Shown piece after piece: positions 9,450 to 19,153 of a stretch of DNA of 64,000 nucleotides (its first letter is position 1; every line of letters starts with the position of its first letter). Both the position numbers and the translations under genes were made by a program. The stretch comes from an uncultured Gammaproteobacteria bacterium (lineage in GTDB: Bacteria > Patescibacteriota > Microgenomatia > Daviesbacterales > UBA10151), in NCBI GenBank assembly GCA_964415615.1, contig CAYQAW010000002.1:1897-65896 (forward strand), given 5' to 3'. The notes below the pieces were generated by a model. It was not told the origin of the DNA and ran no database searches. It saw only the letters and a list, made by a program, of their open reading frames with translations.

Positions 9450-10793
9450 ATGGTCTCTGAAGATAAAATATCTGCTTTTTTAAAGCTTCAACAACTTGTT
9501 TTAGATATAGAAGATAGCTCTAAATTATTAGAACAAGTTTTGCCACAAGTATTTGTAGCGCTTCAGTCAATTGGTTGCCCCTATATCTTTTTATCCGCCA
9601 TGTTTACTGATGAGAGCGGGCAAGTTAAGCAATCATTTTTTGTTGATTCATCCGGAAATAAGTCTCCTATAAACCAAAACGGTATATTTCAAAAAGGCAG
9701 CGAGTGGGAAATGAAGGTGATGTATGGTGAAGCAGCTGTTGTTTCTGATGTAGCTTATTTTATTAATTCTTCTTACCCAAAGTTTCATGAAATATATTCT
9801 TTACTAGTTTTACCAATACAACATGCCCGTGATCTCAGAGGTATTTTGGTATTAGGAAGCTCTAAAAATGCTTCTCAAATTGATTCAGAAGAAATTGAGT
9901 TTGGAGAAATGTTAACAAAGCTTGTTGATCTTTCCTTTAGGCTACAAGATACAGAAAGTTCTCTGCTTAATATCACTCAACAGGTTTACGAAATGAATGC
10001 TAAATTGCATCAGCTGGATAAACTAAAAGATGATTTTGTCTCAGTTGCCTCACACGAACTCCGGACTCCTATGACTGCGATCCGTTCTTATGCCTGGATG
10101 GCTTTGCACAAATCAGATGTTCCTCTGTCAGAGAAACTGGAGAAATATTTGATCAGAGTACTGATTTCTACAGAACGTTTGATTAATCTGGTCAACGACA
10201 TGTTGAATGTTTCCAGAATTGAATCAGGCAGTATTGAGATAAGTCCAGAGCCGGTGGATCTTTTGTTGCTTATCAAAGATATTGTTGATGAAGTTTACTA
10301 CTCAAAAGCGCGGGAGAAAGTTATCCAATTTGTAGTGCTGGAGAAAAAGATTCCTAAGGTGTTTGCTGATCCTGAAAAACTCCGACAGGTCCTCCTTAAT
10401 TTAGTAGGAAATTCATTAAAGTTTACGCCTGATGGAGGAAAAATTGTTTTTGATTTTTTTAGTGATGGGAAGCTAGTAGAAACTTCTGTTTCAGATACTG
10501 GAGTAGGTATATCAAAAGAGGATATGAGTCAGTTATTCCATAAATTTGGCAGGCTGGATAATTCTTATACAGCATCTGCAACTTCTGGTGGAACAGGTTT
10601 GGGTCTTTTTATATCCAAAAACCTGGTAGAACTCATGCATGGCAGGATCTGGGTTGTCTCAGAAGGATTAGGGAAAGGATCAACTTTTAATGTGTCTTTG
10701 CCTGTTGCTGCTCCTGAGGTTTTGAAAGAAGCAGAAAAATATAAAGTAAGGGCGCAGGGCGAAGCAAAGGGGCTGGAACCAGTAGCAATATGA
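9450..10793 (+). CDS. Cytoplasmic sensor histidine kinase (GAF-like + HisKA + HATPase)
   Basis: SHELRTP H-box, NLVGNSLKFT N-box, DTGVGI, GGTGLGL; no obvious TM. Confidence 0.92.
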   Translation: MVSEDKISAFLKLQQLVLDIEDSSKLLEQVLPQVFVALQSIGCPYIFLSAMFTDESGQVKQSFFVDSSGNKSPINQNGIFQKGSEWEMKVMYGEAAVVSDVAYFINSSYPKFHEIYSLLVLPIQHARDLRGILVLGSSKNASQIDSEEIEFGEMLTKLVDLSFRLQDTESSLLNITQQVYEMNAKLHQLDKLKDDFVSVASHELRTPMTAIRSYAWMALHKSDVPLSEKLEKYLIRVLISTERLINLVNDMLNVSRIESGSIEISPEPVDLLLLIKDIVDEVYYSKAREKVIQFVVLEKKIPKVFADPEKLRQVLLNLVGNSLKFTPDGGKIVFDFFSDGKLVETSVSDTGVGISKEDMSQLFHKFGRLDNSYTASATSGGTGLGLFISKNLVELMHGRIWVVSEGLGKGSTFNVSLPVAAPEVLKEAEKYKVRAQGEAKGLEPVAI

Positions 10794-10805
10794 TACAATC
10801 AAATT

Positions 10806-11201
10806 ATGGATAATCAGCAAAAAAAGATCCTTATAGTTGAAGATGATCAATTCTTGAGAGAGTTTTATCAGGAACTTCTGCAGGGAGAACAATATCTGGT
10901 AGAAGTGGCAGCTGATGGGGAAGTGGGTTTAGCAAAGCTTAGAGAAGGCGGTTATAGTCTGGTCATGCTGGATATTATGTTACCCAAAAAGGATGGTTTG
11001 CAAATACTGCGTGAATTAAAAGCTCAACCATCAAGCAATAAAAATGATTCTATTGTGATACTTACCAATCTAGGCCAGGATGCAATCATTAAGGAATGTT
11101 TTAATTTAGGCGCAGATGGGTATTTAATAAAATCTGCCTTAAATCCTGATCAGGTTTTAACAGAGGTTAGAAGTTATTTAGAAAAAAATAATGCCTCTTA
11201 A
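10806..11201 (+). CDS. Single-domain response regulator (receiver)
   Basis: ILIVEDD, LDIMLP, LTN, GADGYLIK. Confidence 0.92.
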   Translation: MDNQQKKILIVEDDQFLREFYQELLQGEQYLVEVAADGEVGLAKLREGGYSLVMLDIMLPKKDGLQILRELKAQPSSNKNDSIVILTNLGQDAIIKECFNLGADGYLIKSALNPDQVLTEVRSYLEKNNAS

Positions 11202-11257
11202 GATTGTTTTCCAAGATGACCATCTACTGGTGGTGCTTAGTAGTATACTATTAAATA

Positions 11258-12361
11258 TTGAATACACTTCTTAGAAGAATTGGGGATATAAGTAATATAA
11301 AGCCTTTTCTAAATTGTGTTCATGGGGGTAAAAATGCGCTTAACTCACTAAATAAAGATAGAATTCTCGATTTTAGTGTTAGCATTAATCCATATGGGCC
11401 ACCGGCTGAGATACAGTTAGGCCTTAATTTAAGCGATGTTAGAGAATACCCAGATCCTCAAAGTAACGAATTAACGAAATTGCTTGCATGTATCAATAAT
11501 CTAGATGAGGAAAATCTTTTTATCGGGAATGGCTCAGCTGAAATCATCACACTACTCTTTTTCTGTTTTGTACGGAAGAAAGATGTTGTTGTTTCTCTGT
11601 GGCCGAGTTTTGGAGAGTATTTCCATTATGCACAAATTACACAATCGAAATTTGTACCTATAAAACTTAATCTACCTGATTTTAGGTTAGATTTAGATAC
11701 AATTAGCAAGATAATAAAAAAGCAACAGCCGAAACTTTTTTTCTTCTGTAATCCGAATAACCCTACGGGTAATTATTATAGTGAGAAAGAAGTTATACAA
11801 ATTCTAGAACAATTATCGCAGAATACATTATTTATTTTGGATGAAGCCTACGTAAATCTAGTGTTATCTAAATGGAGTTCAGTGAATTTATTAAAACAGT
11901 TTAAAAATATGATTATTCTGCGTTCGTTAACAAAAGATTATGCATTAACTGCACTACGTTTAGGTTATAGTATGGCTGCAAAAGAGATAATATCTTTATT
12001 AAGAAGTGCGTGCCCTTCGTGGAATATTAATACCCTAGCTCAACGTAATGGTATACATATTTTTAAGAATGGAACCTTTTTAAAAAACAGTGCATTGCTT
12101 CTCCATAAGGAAAAAAATAGAATTGAGAAAATTTTAAAAAAACTTGGCTACAGTATATTACCATCCTCGGTGAATTTTTTTCTTTTAAAAGTGAAGAATG
12201 CTAAGGAAGCAACTGACATATTATTATCGAATAATATCTATGTTCGTGATTGTACGGATTATGATTTACCTCAATATCTGAGGATAAGTGTTAGGTTAGC
12301 TCAGGAGAATAATTATCTGTTGAAAGTTTTAAGTGATTTAGTATATAAGATTAGAATATGA
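11258..12361 (+). CDS. PLP-dependent class I/II aminotransferase (HisC/CobD-like)
   Basis: HGG, DFSVSINP, GNGSAE, CNPNNPTG, DEAY, RSLTKDY, LRLGY. Confidence 0.85.
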   Translation: MNTLLRRIGDISNIKPFLNCVHGGKNALNSLNKDRILDFSVSINPYGPPAEIQLGLNLSDVREYPDPQSNELTKLLACINNLDEENLFIGNGSAEIITLLFFCFVRKKDVVVSLWPSFGEYFHYAQITQSKFVPIKLNLPDFRLDLDTISKIIKKQQPKLFFFCNPNNPTGNYYSEKEVIQILEQLSQNTLFILDEAYVNLVLSKWSSVNLLKQFKNMIILRSLTKDYALTALRLGYSMAAKEIISLLRSACPSWNINTLAQRNGIHIFKNGTFLKNSALLLHKEKNRIEKILKKLGYSILPSSVNFFLLKVKNAKEATDILLSNNIYVRDCTDYDLPQYLRISVRLAQENNYLLKVLSDLVYKIRI

Positions 12362-13010
12362 ATAAAATATACAAGGATTGGGTAGAATATTATCAAATTA
12401 AAGGGTTGAAGGGTGGTGATATTAATGAAGTGAGCGGTTACGCTCATGGTTTAGCACAACTTACTGAAAAAGGTTTAGAATCTATTGTTGCTGTTGCAAG
12501 AACTGTTTTAGATCTTAGTTCGAAGGATAGGTTACTTGTGACGTGGGTTGCGGAGCAGGATTAATTACCGACCAATTAGTAAGCAAAGCCAGCATCGTAG
12601 TTGGTATAGATGCAAGCTCCAATATGATTGGGAATGCCGATAAAGAAAGTAAATTTGTCAAAGTGGTAGCAATGGCAGATTGTTTGCCGTTTCCTGACAA
12701 GTCGTTTGATAAAATATTTTGTCATTCAATATTTCAGTATTTTCCTAATTATAAATATGCTGCTCGAGTTATTAAAGAAATGCTGAGAGTGCTTTGTAAT
12801 GGAGGCAAATGTCTGATTATGGATGTACCGGATATCGAGAAGAAAGAATCATATTTTAAAGTTAAAACTCCAGATTCGCATAACCTAAAGAGAAGATTTT
12901 ATAATAAAGAGTGGTTTATTAATTTAGTCCCAAATACTCGAATCCTTAGGCACAGAATACCCAATTATAAAAATTCCCATTTTAGATTTAATGTATTAAT
13001 TCAGAAATAA
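12358..13010 (+). pseudogene. Class I SAM methyltransferase split by a frameshift near 12538
   Basis: Removing 2 nt gives RLLDVGCGAG motif I joining ORFs 12358..12564 and 12543..13010. Confidence 0.75.
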
Positions 13011-13563
13011 CATTTGAATTTTCAAGAAGGTAATTTATTTCATCAAGACCCCAAGGCGAAAATTTTATACGATTATTTCTTGTTAATTCGCGAAGTTTTT
13101 TAAAAGAGATAAATTTACCTTCTATAACTTCGTCATAGTCAATCTCAATCTTACCATTATAAACCGCACCATACAGTTCCACGAGCTCATACTCTACTAG
13201 ACGATTTTTTTCTGTCACATACTCATTTCTTTGAATATGTTTATCACGTAAAAGTTTTAGAGGAGCGTTGATTGATAATTCTTCTTTCAATCCTCTTATG
13301 GCTGCCGATTTATAACTTTCCTCAGATTTTACATGTTCGGAAGCGCTGATATCCCAATATAAAGGAAGAATTTTTTTTAGGCTTCTTCTTTGGATAAATA
13401 TTTGTCCCTTTTTATTAATTACTAGAATATTGACTGCTGGATGCAAAAGTCCCTCTTTATACACTTGGCTTCTGGTTGCTTTACCGGTTGTCTTACCGGT
13501 TTTATCTACAACATCTATCTCTTCCTGATCTTTTAAATTTTTACTCAAATAATTTGTAGCCAT
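12988..13563 (-). CDS. NUDIX hydrolase (IDI/YfcD-like)
   Basis: GLLHPAVNI, QRRS, WDIS, AAIRGLKEEL degenerate Nudix box. Confidence 0.8.
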   Translation of the reverse strand: MATNYLSKNLKDQEEIDVVDKTGKTTGKATRSQVYKEGLLHPAVNILVINKKGQIFIQRRSLKKILPLYWDISASEHVKSEESYKSAAIRGLKEELSINAPLKLLRDKHIQRNEYVTEKNRLVEYELVELYGAVYNGKIEIDYDEVIEGKFISFKKLRELTRNNRIKFSPWGLDEINYLLENSNVISELIH

Positions 13564-14497
13564 CTAATTTATGAACAAATCCCTGTGTAATAGGAGTAAT
13601 ACACTTCCCATTTGTTAATTCAACCCGTATACCTGGATTATTCGTTACATGACCGATCCAATAAAGAGGAAGACCATTTTTGTTGAGGGATTTTTCAATA
13701 CCTTTTTTGTAGTTTGGCGATGCAGTGAATAAAAGTTCTATATCTTCGGCAGGATGCGATGCAGAGATATAATTTGGTTGATTGTCTACTTGATTAAGAT
13801 TTTCTATAGGAATATCACTATCTCTTATGAAAAATCCAAGGCCTGGAGTTATAGTATCATTCAGTGCTTTAATTAAACCGTCAGGTAAATCGATACAACT
13901 TGTAATACCTTGCAGCTGTGATAAAATTCTTCCAGCTCTGATAGAAGCTGGTTGCCTAAATGCTTTTTGGTAGTCTATAGGTTTGCCATGGATATATTGG
14001 TGATAGCAAAAATTAAATCGATCCAAAATCCCAGTTACACCAACAAGATCACCAGCTCTAGATTGATGTCTTCTCAGTACAGATTCAGGTTTTGTAATAC
14101 CGATACTGACTATGGATAAACTCAATTCTCCGGCGGAGTTTGTATCGCCACCCAGAAGAAAAGTTTCAGCATCGTTTACCGCTTGGTGCACACCTTCGTA
14201 GATGGTAGCTACTTTGCTGGCGAAATAAGGAGGAATAGAGCAAGAAACCAAAACTCCAAGAGGATTACCACCGCAAGCTGCTATATCAGAAAGGCTTAAT
14301 GCTGTTGAAAAATAGCCAATTTCTTCTGGAGGTGTTTCAGAAGGAAAATCAGCTTTTTCTGAAGAAGTATCCACAGATACTAACAAAGCTTTGTTTCTTA
14401 AATCTATTATTTCACAATCATCATCTAGCCAGGTTTGTAAATGAGGCGGTTTTGCAAAACGATTACGTAGATAAGTAATTAATTCCCGTTCGTCCAC
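13541..14497 (-). CDS. thiL: Thiamine-monophosphate kinase-like (PurM fold)
   Basis: DDDC, LSDIAACGG, LGGDT, GDLVGVTG, IDLPDGL, EDIELLFT. Confidence 0.75.
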   Translation of the reverse strand: MDERELITYLRNRFAKPPHLQTWLDDDCEIIDLRNKALLVSVDTSSEKADFPSETPPEEIGYFSTALSLSDIAACGGNPLGVLVSCSIPPYFASKVATIYEGVHQAVNDAETFLLGGDTNSAGELSLSIVSIGITKPESVLRRHQSRAGDLVGVTGILDRFNFCYHQYIHGKPIDYQKAFRQPASIRAGRILSQLQGITSCIDLPDGLIKALNDTITPGLGFFIRDSDIPIENLNQVDNQPNYISASHPAEDIELLFTASPNYKKGIEKSLNKNGLPLYWIGHVTNNPGIRVELTNGKCITPITQGFVHKLDGYKLFE

Positions 14498-14567
14498 TGA
14501 AGGAGATTATAACATATGGATTTGAGAAGGATTACGTCTTTTTCTGAAGAAGTATATAATAATCTTT

Positions 14568-15290
14568 GTGGAATTTTCTTATTCTGTCCGGAAAATATAT
14601 GAAGATGATTTTCTTCTTGTAATTGATAAACCTCCTGGTTTGGTGGTAGACCCTGCCCAGATAGATTTTAATATAAATTTACCCAGAGGGGGGATAGTTC
14701 ACAGGTTAGACAAGGATACCTCAGGAATACTGCTTTTAGCCAAGACCCAGCAAGCCTTAGACTCTCTGCAGCATCAATTCAAGGAAAGACTGATTAAAAA
14801 AGAATATCTGGCTTTAGTTCATGGGACTATTACAAAAAGTGGCGAAGTGGTCGGTAGTATTGGTAGGAATCCAGGTGATAGGGAAAAGTTCATAGTTCTT
14901 CCAGGTGGAAAAGAGGCTATAACAGAATATCAGCCAGAAGGAAATTTACAATTTTCAATTTTAAATTTTAAATCAATTTTCAATGAATTAAATAAAATAC
15001 AAATGAGAAAGTTGGAGAGAATGCATTACAATCAGTTTACTTTACTTAGATGTTTGCCTAAGACTGGACGGACACATCAAATTAGGGTACATTTAAAGCA
15101 TATAAACCATCCAATAGTTGCTGATGAAAAGTATGGAGGCAGAAAGGTCTGCAGACTGGATAAAAGATGGTGTCCTAGGATGTTTTTGCATGCTGCAAAA
15201 ATTGGTTTTAATCATCCAGCAACAGGAGAATGGATGGAGCTGGAGAGTAAGTTGCCTGAGGATCTGAGAAATGTATTGAGAGTGTTTTAA
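14568..15290 (+). CDS. RluA/RluD-family pseudouridine synthase
   Basis: HRLDKDTSG, TGRTHQIRVH, LHA motifs. Confidence 0.92.
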   Translation: MEFSYSVRKIYEDDFLLVIDKPPGLVVDPAQIDFNINLPRGGIVHRLDKDTSGILLLAKTQQALDSLQHQFKERLIKKEYLALVHGTITKSGEVVGSIGRNPGDREKFIVLPGGKEAITEYQPEGNLQFSILNFKSIFNELNKIQMRKLERMHYNQFTLLRCLPKTGRTHQIRVHLKHINHPIVADEKYGGRKVCRLDKRWCPRMFLHAAKIGFNHPATGEWMELESKLPEDLRNVLRVF

Positions 15291-15375
15291 GATAAGAGGA
15301 ACTAGGATACTAGTGATGAGTCTTTAATATTTTGATTCATCATTCTGATACTCTAATCTTCTTATCCTAAATTAT

Positions 15376-17079
15376 ATGAATAATATCTTTGTACAACTTG
15401 CTATTATACTAGGGCTCTCGTCTGTTTTAGGTTTTATTACTTATAAACTGAAATTGCCCCTGGTAATTGCTTATTTAATAGGTGGATTGCTGATATCGTT
15501 GGTAGGTTTTTTTAATGTTGGAGGTTCTATTGTTTTGGAATTTTTACCGGAGATAGGGATTGCCTTTGTGCTTTTTTTAGTAGGGATGGAACTGGATTTG
15601 CGGGAGATTAGAAGCTTTGGCAGGCAAATACTTTTGGCTGGAATACTGCAAATTCTTATTACTACTACTTTAGGCACCTTTATTGTGCAAAGCTTTGGAT
15701 TTTCCCTTGCAGAGTCTATATATTTAGGTATTGGGTTGTCTTTTTCATCTACTATTGTGGTAATTAAACTACTGATTGAGAAAAAAGATTTAAAGTCTTT
15801 GTATGGAAAATTATCAATAGGAATATTGCTTTTGGAGGATTTGCTGGCAGTTGTGCTGCTTTTGGGACTTACCTCAACCACTTCTTTGTTAGGAACAGGT
15901 TTAACCCAGGCTTTTCCAATACTGGCTTTTATGGGCAAGGTGTTAGTGCTTTTTTCTATTGCTTTGATATTAAACCACTATATTTTAGGCGCTTTGTTTA
16001 AGGCTGTTTCTGAATCAACAGAACTGCTATTTTTAACTGCGCTTGCTTGGTGCTTTGTTTTTATATCACTGGCTATTTTCATGGGTTTTTCTGTGGTGAT
16101 TGGGGCATTTTTAGCAGGAGTAGCTTTGGCCTCCTCTCCATATCATTTTCAAATTCAGGGAAAAGTTAAACCTATGAGGGACTTTTTTGTGGCCCTCTTT
16201 TTTGTATACCTGGGAACCAAAGTAAACTTTGATTATATTGCTCAAACATACTGGTTAATTCTGATCTTTACAGCCTATGCAGTGGTGGTAAAACCTGCAA
16301 TTTTTATTTTACTTTTAGGAACCTTAGGATTTAGAAAACATACTATGTTTCATGTTGCTATAAATTTGTCTCATATCTCAGAATTTTCCTTAATTATTCT
16401 TTTGGTAGGATTGGATATTGGTGTTGTTAGCCCCCAGACTTTGACTATTATTGCCTCCAGTGGAGTTTTGTCTTTGATTATATCTTCTGTGAGTATTTCT
16501 AAGGCAAGCCAAATATATAGGATTGTGACCAATTGGATAGGATTTTTTGAAAGAAAAAATCTCTATAGAGTTGATAATATAAAATCTTATGAGCTTGAGG
16601 ATCATGTAGTAGTGATTGGGGCACACAGAGTAGGAGGAGAGATAGTTAAATTTCTTAGAAAAGAAAAACATCCTTTGGTAGTTTTGGATTTCAATCCTCA
16701 TCAAGTAGAGTCTCTACTGGGGGAGCAGGTACAGGTAATTTATGGGGATATGGGTGATCCAGAGATTTTGGATATTCTAAACTTAGATAAAGCTAAGATG
16801 ATTATTTCCACTGCCCAGGATGTTAGTGATAATAAAACCTTACTGGAAGATCTAAAACTTAGGCATTCAGCTGCTAAGGTAATTGTCAGGGCAGAAACAA
16901 TAAAGGATGCTCAAGGTTTATATAAAGCAGGGGCAGATTTTGTCATAATTCCAGAAGTAATGGCAGGGGATTTATTGGCAGAAACTTTAAAGGCCCATTT
17001 AAACGATGGTGATTACTTCAAAGACAGGCCCAGGATTGAAATGGAAAAACTCTCCCGCAAAACCCTCGCCTGGGGTTAA
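15376..17079 (+). CDS. CPA2 Kef-type cation/H+ antiporter with TrkA_N domain
   Basis: Multi-TM region, SSTIVVIK, FFVYLG, C-terminal GAHRVG/YGD domain. Confidence 0.9.
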   Translation: MNNIFVQLAIILGLSSVLGFITYKLKLPLVIAYLIGGLLISLVGFFNVGGSIVLEFLPEIGIAFVLFLVGMELDLREIRSFGRQILLAGILQILITTTLGTFIVQSFGFSLAESIYLGIGLSFSSTIVVIKLLIEKKDLKSLYGKLSIGILLLEDLLAVVLLLGLTSTTSLLGTGLTQAFPILAFMGKVLVLFSIALILNHYILGALFKAVSESTELLFLTALAWCFVFISLAIFMGFSVVIGAFLAGVALASSPYHFQIQGKVKPMRDFFVALFFVYLGTKVNFDYIAQTYWLILIFTAYAVVVKPAIFILLLGTLGFRKHTMFHVAINLSHISEFSLIILLVGLDIGVVSPQTLTIIASSGVLSLIISSVSISKASQIYRIVTNWIGFFERKNLYRVDNIKSYELEDHVVVIGAHRVGGEIVKFLRKEKHPLVVLDFNPHQVESLLGEQVQVIYGDMGDPEILDILNLDKAKMIISTAQDVSDNKTLLEDLKLRHSAAKVIVRAETIKDAQGLYKAGADFVIIPEVMAGDLLAETLKAHLNDGDYFKDRPRIEMEKLSRKTLAWG

Positions 17080-17100
17080 AGTGAGTTTACTCACTTTAAC
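17075..17100. repeat. Perfect palindrome GTTAAAGTGAGT-TT-ACTCACTTTAAC (REP-like or terminator)
   Basis: 12-bp arms; contains the antiporter stop codon. Confidence 0.6.
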
Positions 17101-17151
17101 GGGATAACAACTCTTGATTTTTTTGTAACCATTGTGTATACTTTGGTTACT

Positions 17152-17427
17152 ATGCAAACCGTAATTCATATCAAAGCAGATAGAGAAGTTAAAAAGAATG
17201 CTCAGAAGGCAGCTAAAGACTTGGGGTTAACCCTGTCCGATGTAATTAATGCTGCTTTAAGGAATTTTATCAGAACCAGAGAGGTAATTTTCTCTGATAT
17301 TCCACAGATGACTCCCTGGTTAGAAAAAAGAATTGCTAAGGTGGAGGAAGACATAAAGCACAATCGTAATATGTCTCCTAAATTTAAGTCAGCTAAAGAG
17401 TTTACGAAGTATCTGGATTCCTTATGA
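17152..17427 (+). CDS. RelB/DinJ-like antitoxin
   Basis: RHH-like N-terminus, LGLTLSDVI; overlaps the toxin gene. Confidence 0.8.
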   Translation: MQTVIHIKADREVKKNAQKAAKDLGLTLSDVINAALRNFIRTREVIFSDIPQMTPWLEKRIAKVEEDIKHNRNMSPKFKSAKEFTKYLDSL

Positions 17428-17681
17428 TCATATCCTCAAATAAGGATTTTGACAAGGATTATAAAAAATTGCCTAAAAATATTCAGGAAAGATTTAAAGA
17501 AAGAATTCTACTTTTCCAGAAAGATCAATATAATCCCATCTTGAATAACCATTCTCTGAGAGGGGGATACACAGGTTGCAGAAGTATTAATGTAACAGGA
17601 GATGTGCGAGCCATCTTTATAAAGAATAATAGTGAAATTATTTTTGTAGCCATAGGTTCCCACAGTAAGCTATATGGTTAA
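17424..17681 (+). CDS. RelE/YafQ-family mRNA interferase toxin
   Basis: FDKDYKKL, NHSLRG, SINVTGDVRAIF, IGSHSKLY. Confidence 0.85.
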   Translation: MIISSNKDFDKDYKKLPKNIQERFKERILLFQKDQYNPILNNHSLRGGYTGCRSINVTGDVRAIFIKNNSEIIFVAIGSHSKLYG

Positions 17682-18843
17682 ATTTAGAATTCTACATAAA
17701 GATGGGAAGGCTAGGGTGGGAAAATTAGAAACCCCGCATGGGATAATAGAAACCCCTAGTTTTAATCCTGTTGGTACTCAGGCTACAGTAAAAGCTTTAT
17801 CTCCCAGGGATTTGAAAGAAATTGGTGTCCAGATAGTTTTGGCAAATACTTATCATTTGATGTTAAGACCTGGAGTAGATTTAATAGCAAAATTTGGAGG
17901 CCTGCATAAATTTATGGGTTGGGATGGTCCTATTATGACAGATTCTGGAGGTTTTCAGGTATTTTCTTTGGGAATAGCTTTGGAGCATGGAGCCAGTAAA
18001 GTATTGAAAGCAATTGACAATGGACAATGGACAATTGACAATGAAAAACAGAGACCCCGTTTAAACAAAATCACAGAAGAAGGGGTAACTTTTCAATCCC
18101 ATTTGGATGGCTCAAAACATATTCTAACTCCAGAAAATTCTATAGAAATTCAACACAAATTAGGGGCAGATTTGATTGTGGCTTTTGATGATCATGAATC
18201 TTCAAAACATACTAAAGCAGAGATGCAAAAATCTTTGGATTTAACAGAAAAATGGGGTTTAAAAAGCCTGCAAGAGTTGAAAAAATTAAAAAGCAAACAA
18301 CTGATGTATGGGGTAATCCATGGTGGTACTCATAAAGATTTAAGAATAAAATCTGCCAGATTTACTGATGATAATTTTGATGCTATAGCCATAGGAGGTA
18401 TTTATGGAGACAAAAAAACTCTTTGTCAGATTATTGATTGGAGTTTGGAAGAAGTTTCAGAGGATAAACCAAGGCATTTGTTGGGTATTGGAGAGGTGGA
18501 AGATTTGTTTAACGGAGTAGAAAGAGGGATAGACTTTTTTGATTGTGTAGCGCCCACCAGGCGGGCCAGAAACGGCTCGTTATATATTTCGCCTTTCTCA
18601 ATACTTAGTATCAGCCAAAGCAGATTTATTTCAGATAAAAAACCCATTGACCCAAGGTGTTCTTGTTATACTTGCGCAAATTTTTCCAGAAGCTATCTGC
18701 GTCATCTTTATATGGCAAAAGAGATTTTGTATCACAATTTAGCAACTTATCACAATATTTATTTTATAACCAATTTAATGAAAAAAATGAGAGAGGCAAT
18801 TAAAGAGGGAAGACTGAATAAATTTAAATCTTCCCTCTTTTAA
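17674..18843 (+). CDS. tgt: tRNA-guanine transglycosylase
   Basis: PVGTQATVK, NTYHL, TDSGGFQVFSL, CxCxxC, HN motifs. Confidence 0.95.
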   Translation: MVKFRILHKDGKARVGKLETPHGIIETPSFNPVGTQATVKALSPRDLKEIGVQIVLANTYHLMLRPGVDLIAKFGGLHKFMGWDGPIMTDSGGFQVFSLGIALEHGASKVLKAIDNGQWTIDNEKQRPRLNKITEEGVTFQSHLDGSKHILTPENSIEIQHKLGADLIVAFDDHESSKHTKAEMQKSLDLTEKWGLKSLQELKKLKSKQLMYGVIHGGTHKDLRIKSARFTDDNFDAIAIGGIYGDKKTLCQIIDWSLEEVSEDKPRHLLGIGEVEDLFNGVERGIDFFDCVAPTRRARNGSLYISPFSILSISQSRFISDKKPIDPRCSCYTCANFSRSYLRHLYMAKEILYHNLATYHNIYFITNLMKKMREAIKEGRLNKFKSSLF

Positions 18844-18852
18844 TTAATCTTC

Positions 18853-19062
18853 TTAAACTACTGGCGCACCACCTGCTGGATTTTGCCCGCTTTGGTCTGG
18901 TGTTACAGGAGCTTCTGGTGTGGCAGGAGCCTCTGGCATTACAGGAGCTACAGGAGCTTCTGGTGCAGGTTGTCCTGCATTTGGATCTGCAACTGGAGCT
19001 GATTGTCCTCCCTGATTTGGATCAGCAGGCATTCCACCTTGATTTGGATCTGTTGGATTCAT
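18853..19062 (-). CDS. Small Pro/Gln/Ala-rich disordered protein
   Basis: GGAGGTG SD upstream of ATG at 19062; DPNQGG repeats. Confidence 0.65.
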   Translation of the reverse strand: MNPTDPNQGGMPADPNQGGQSAPVADPNAGQPAPEAPVAPVMPEAPATPEAPVTPDQSGQNPAGGAPVV

Positions 19063-19153
19063 TAAATTCACCTCCCTCCGATTTTAGTGTATCCTGTAAT
19101 GAACTAAATGGCAAGTATTTACTTGTAAGATGCGATCTTGATACACTGGAAAT

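Noticed and set aside
15290-15370. Weakly periodic inverted tract after the pseudouridine synthase gene
   Set aside because: Too degenerate to assign to the heptamer family with confidence
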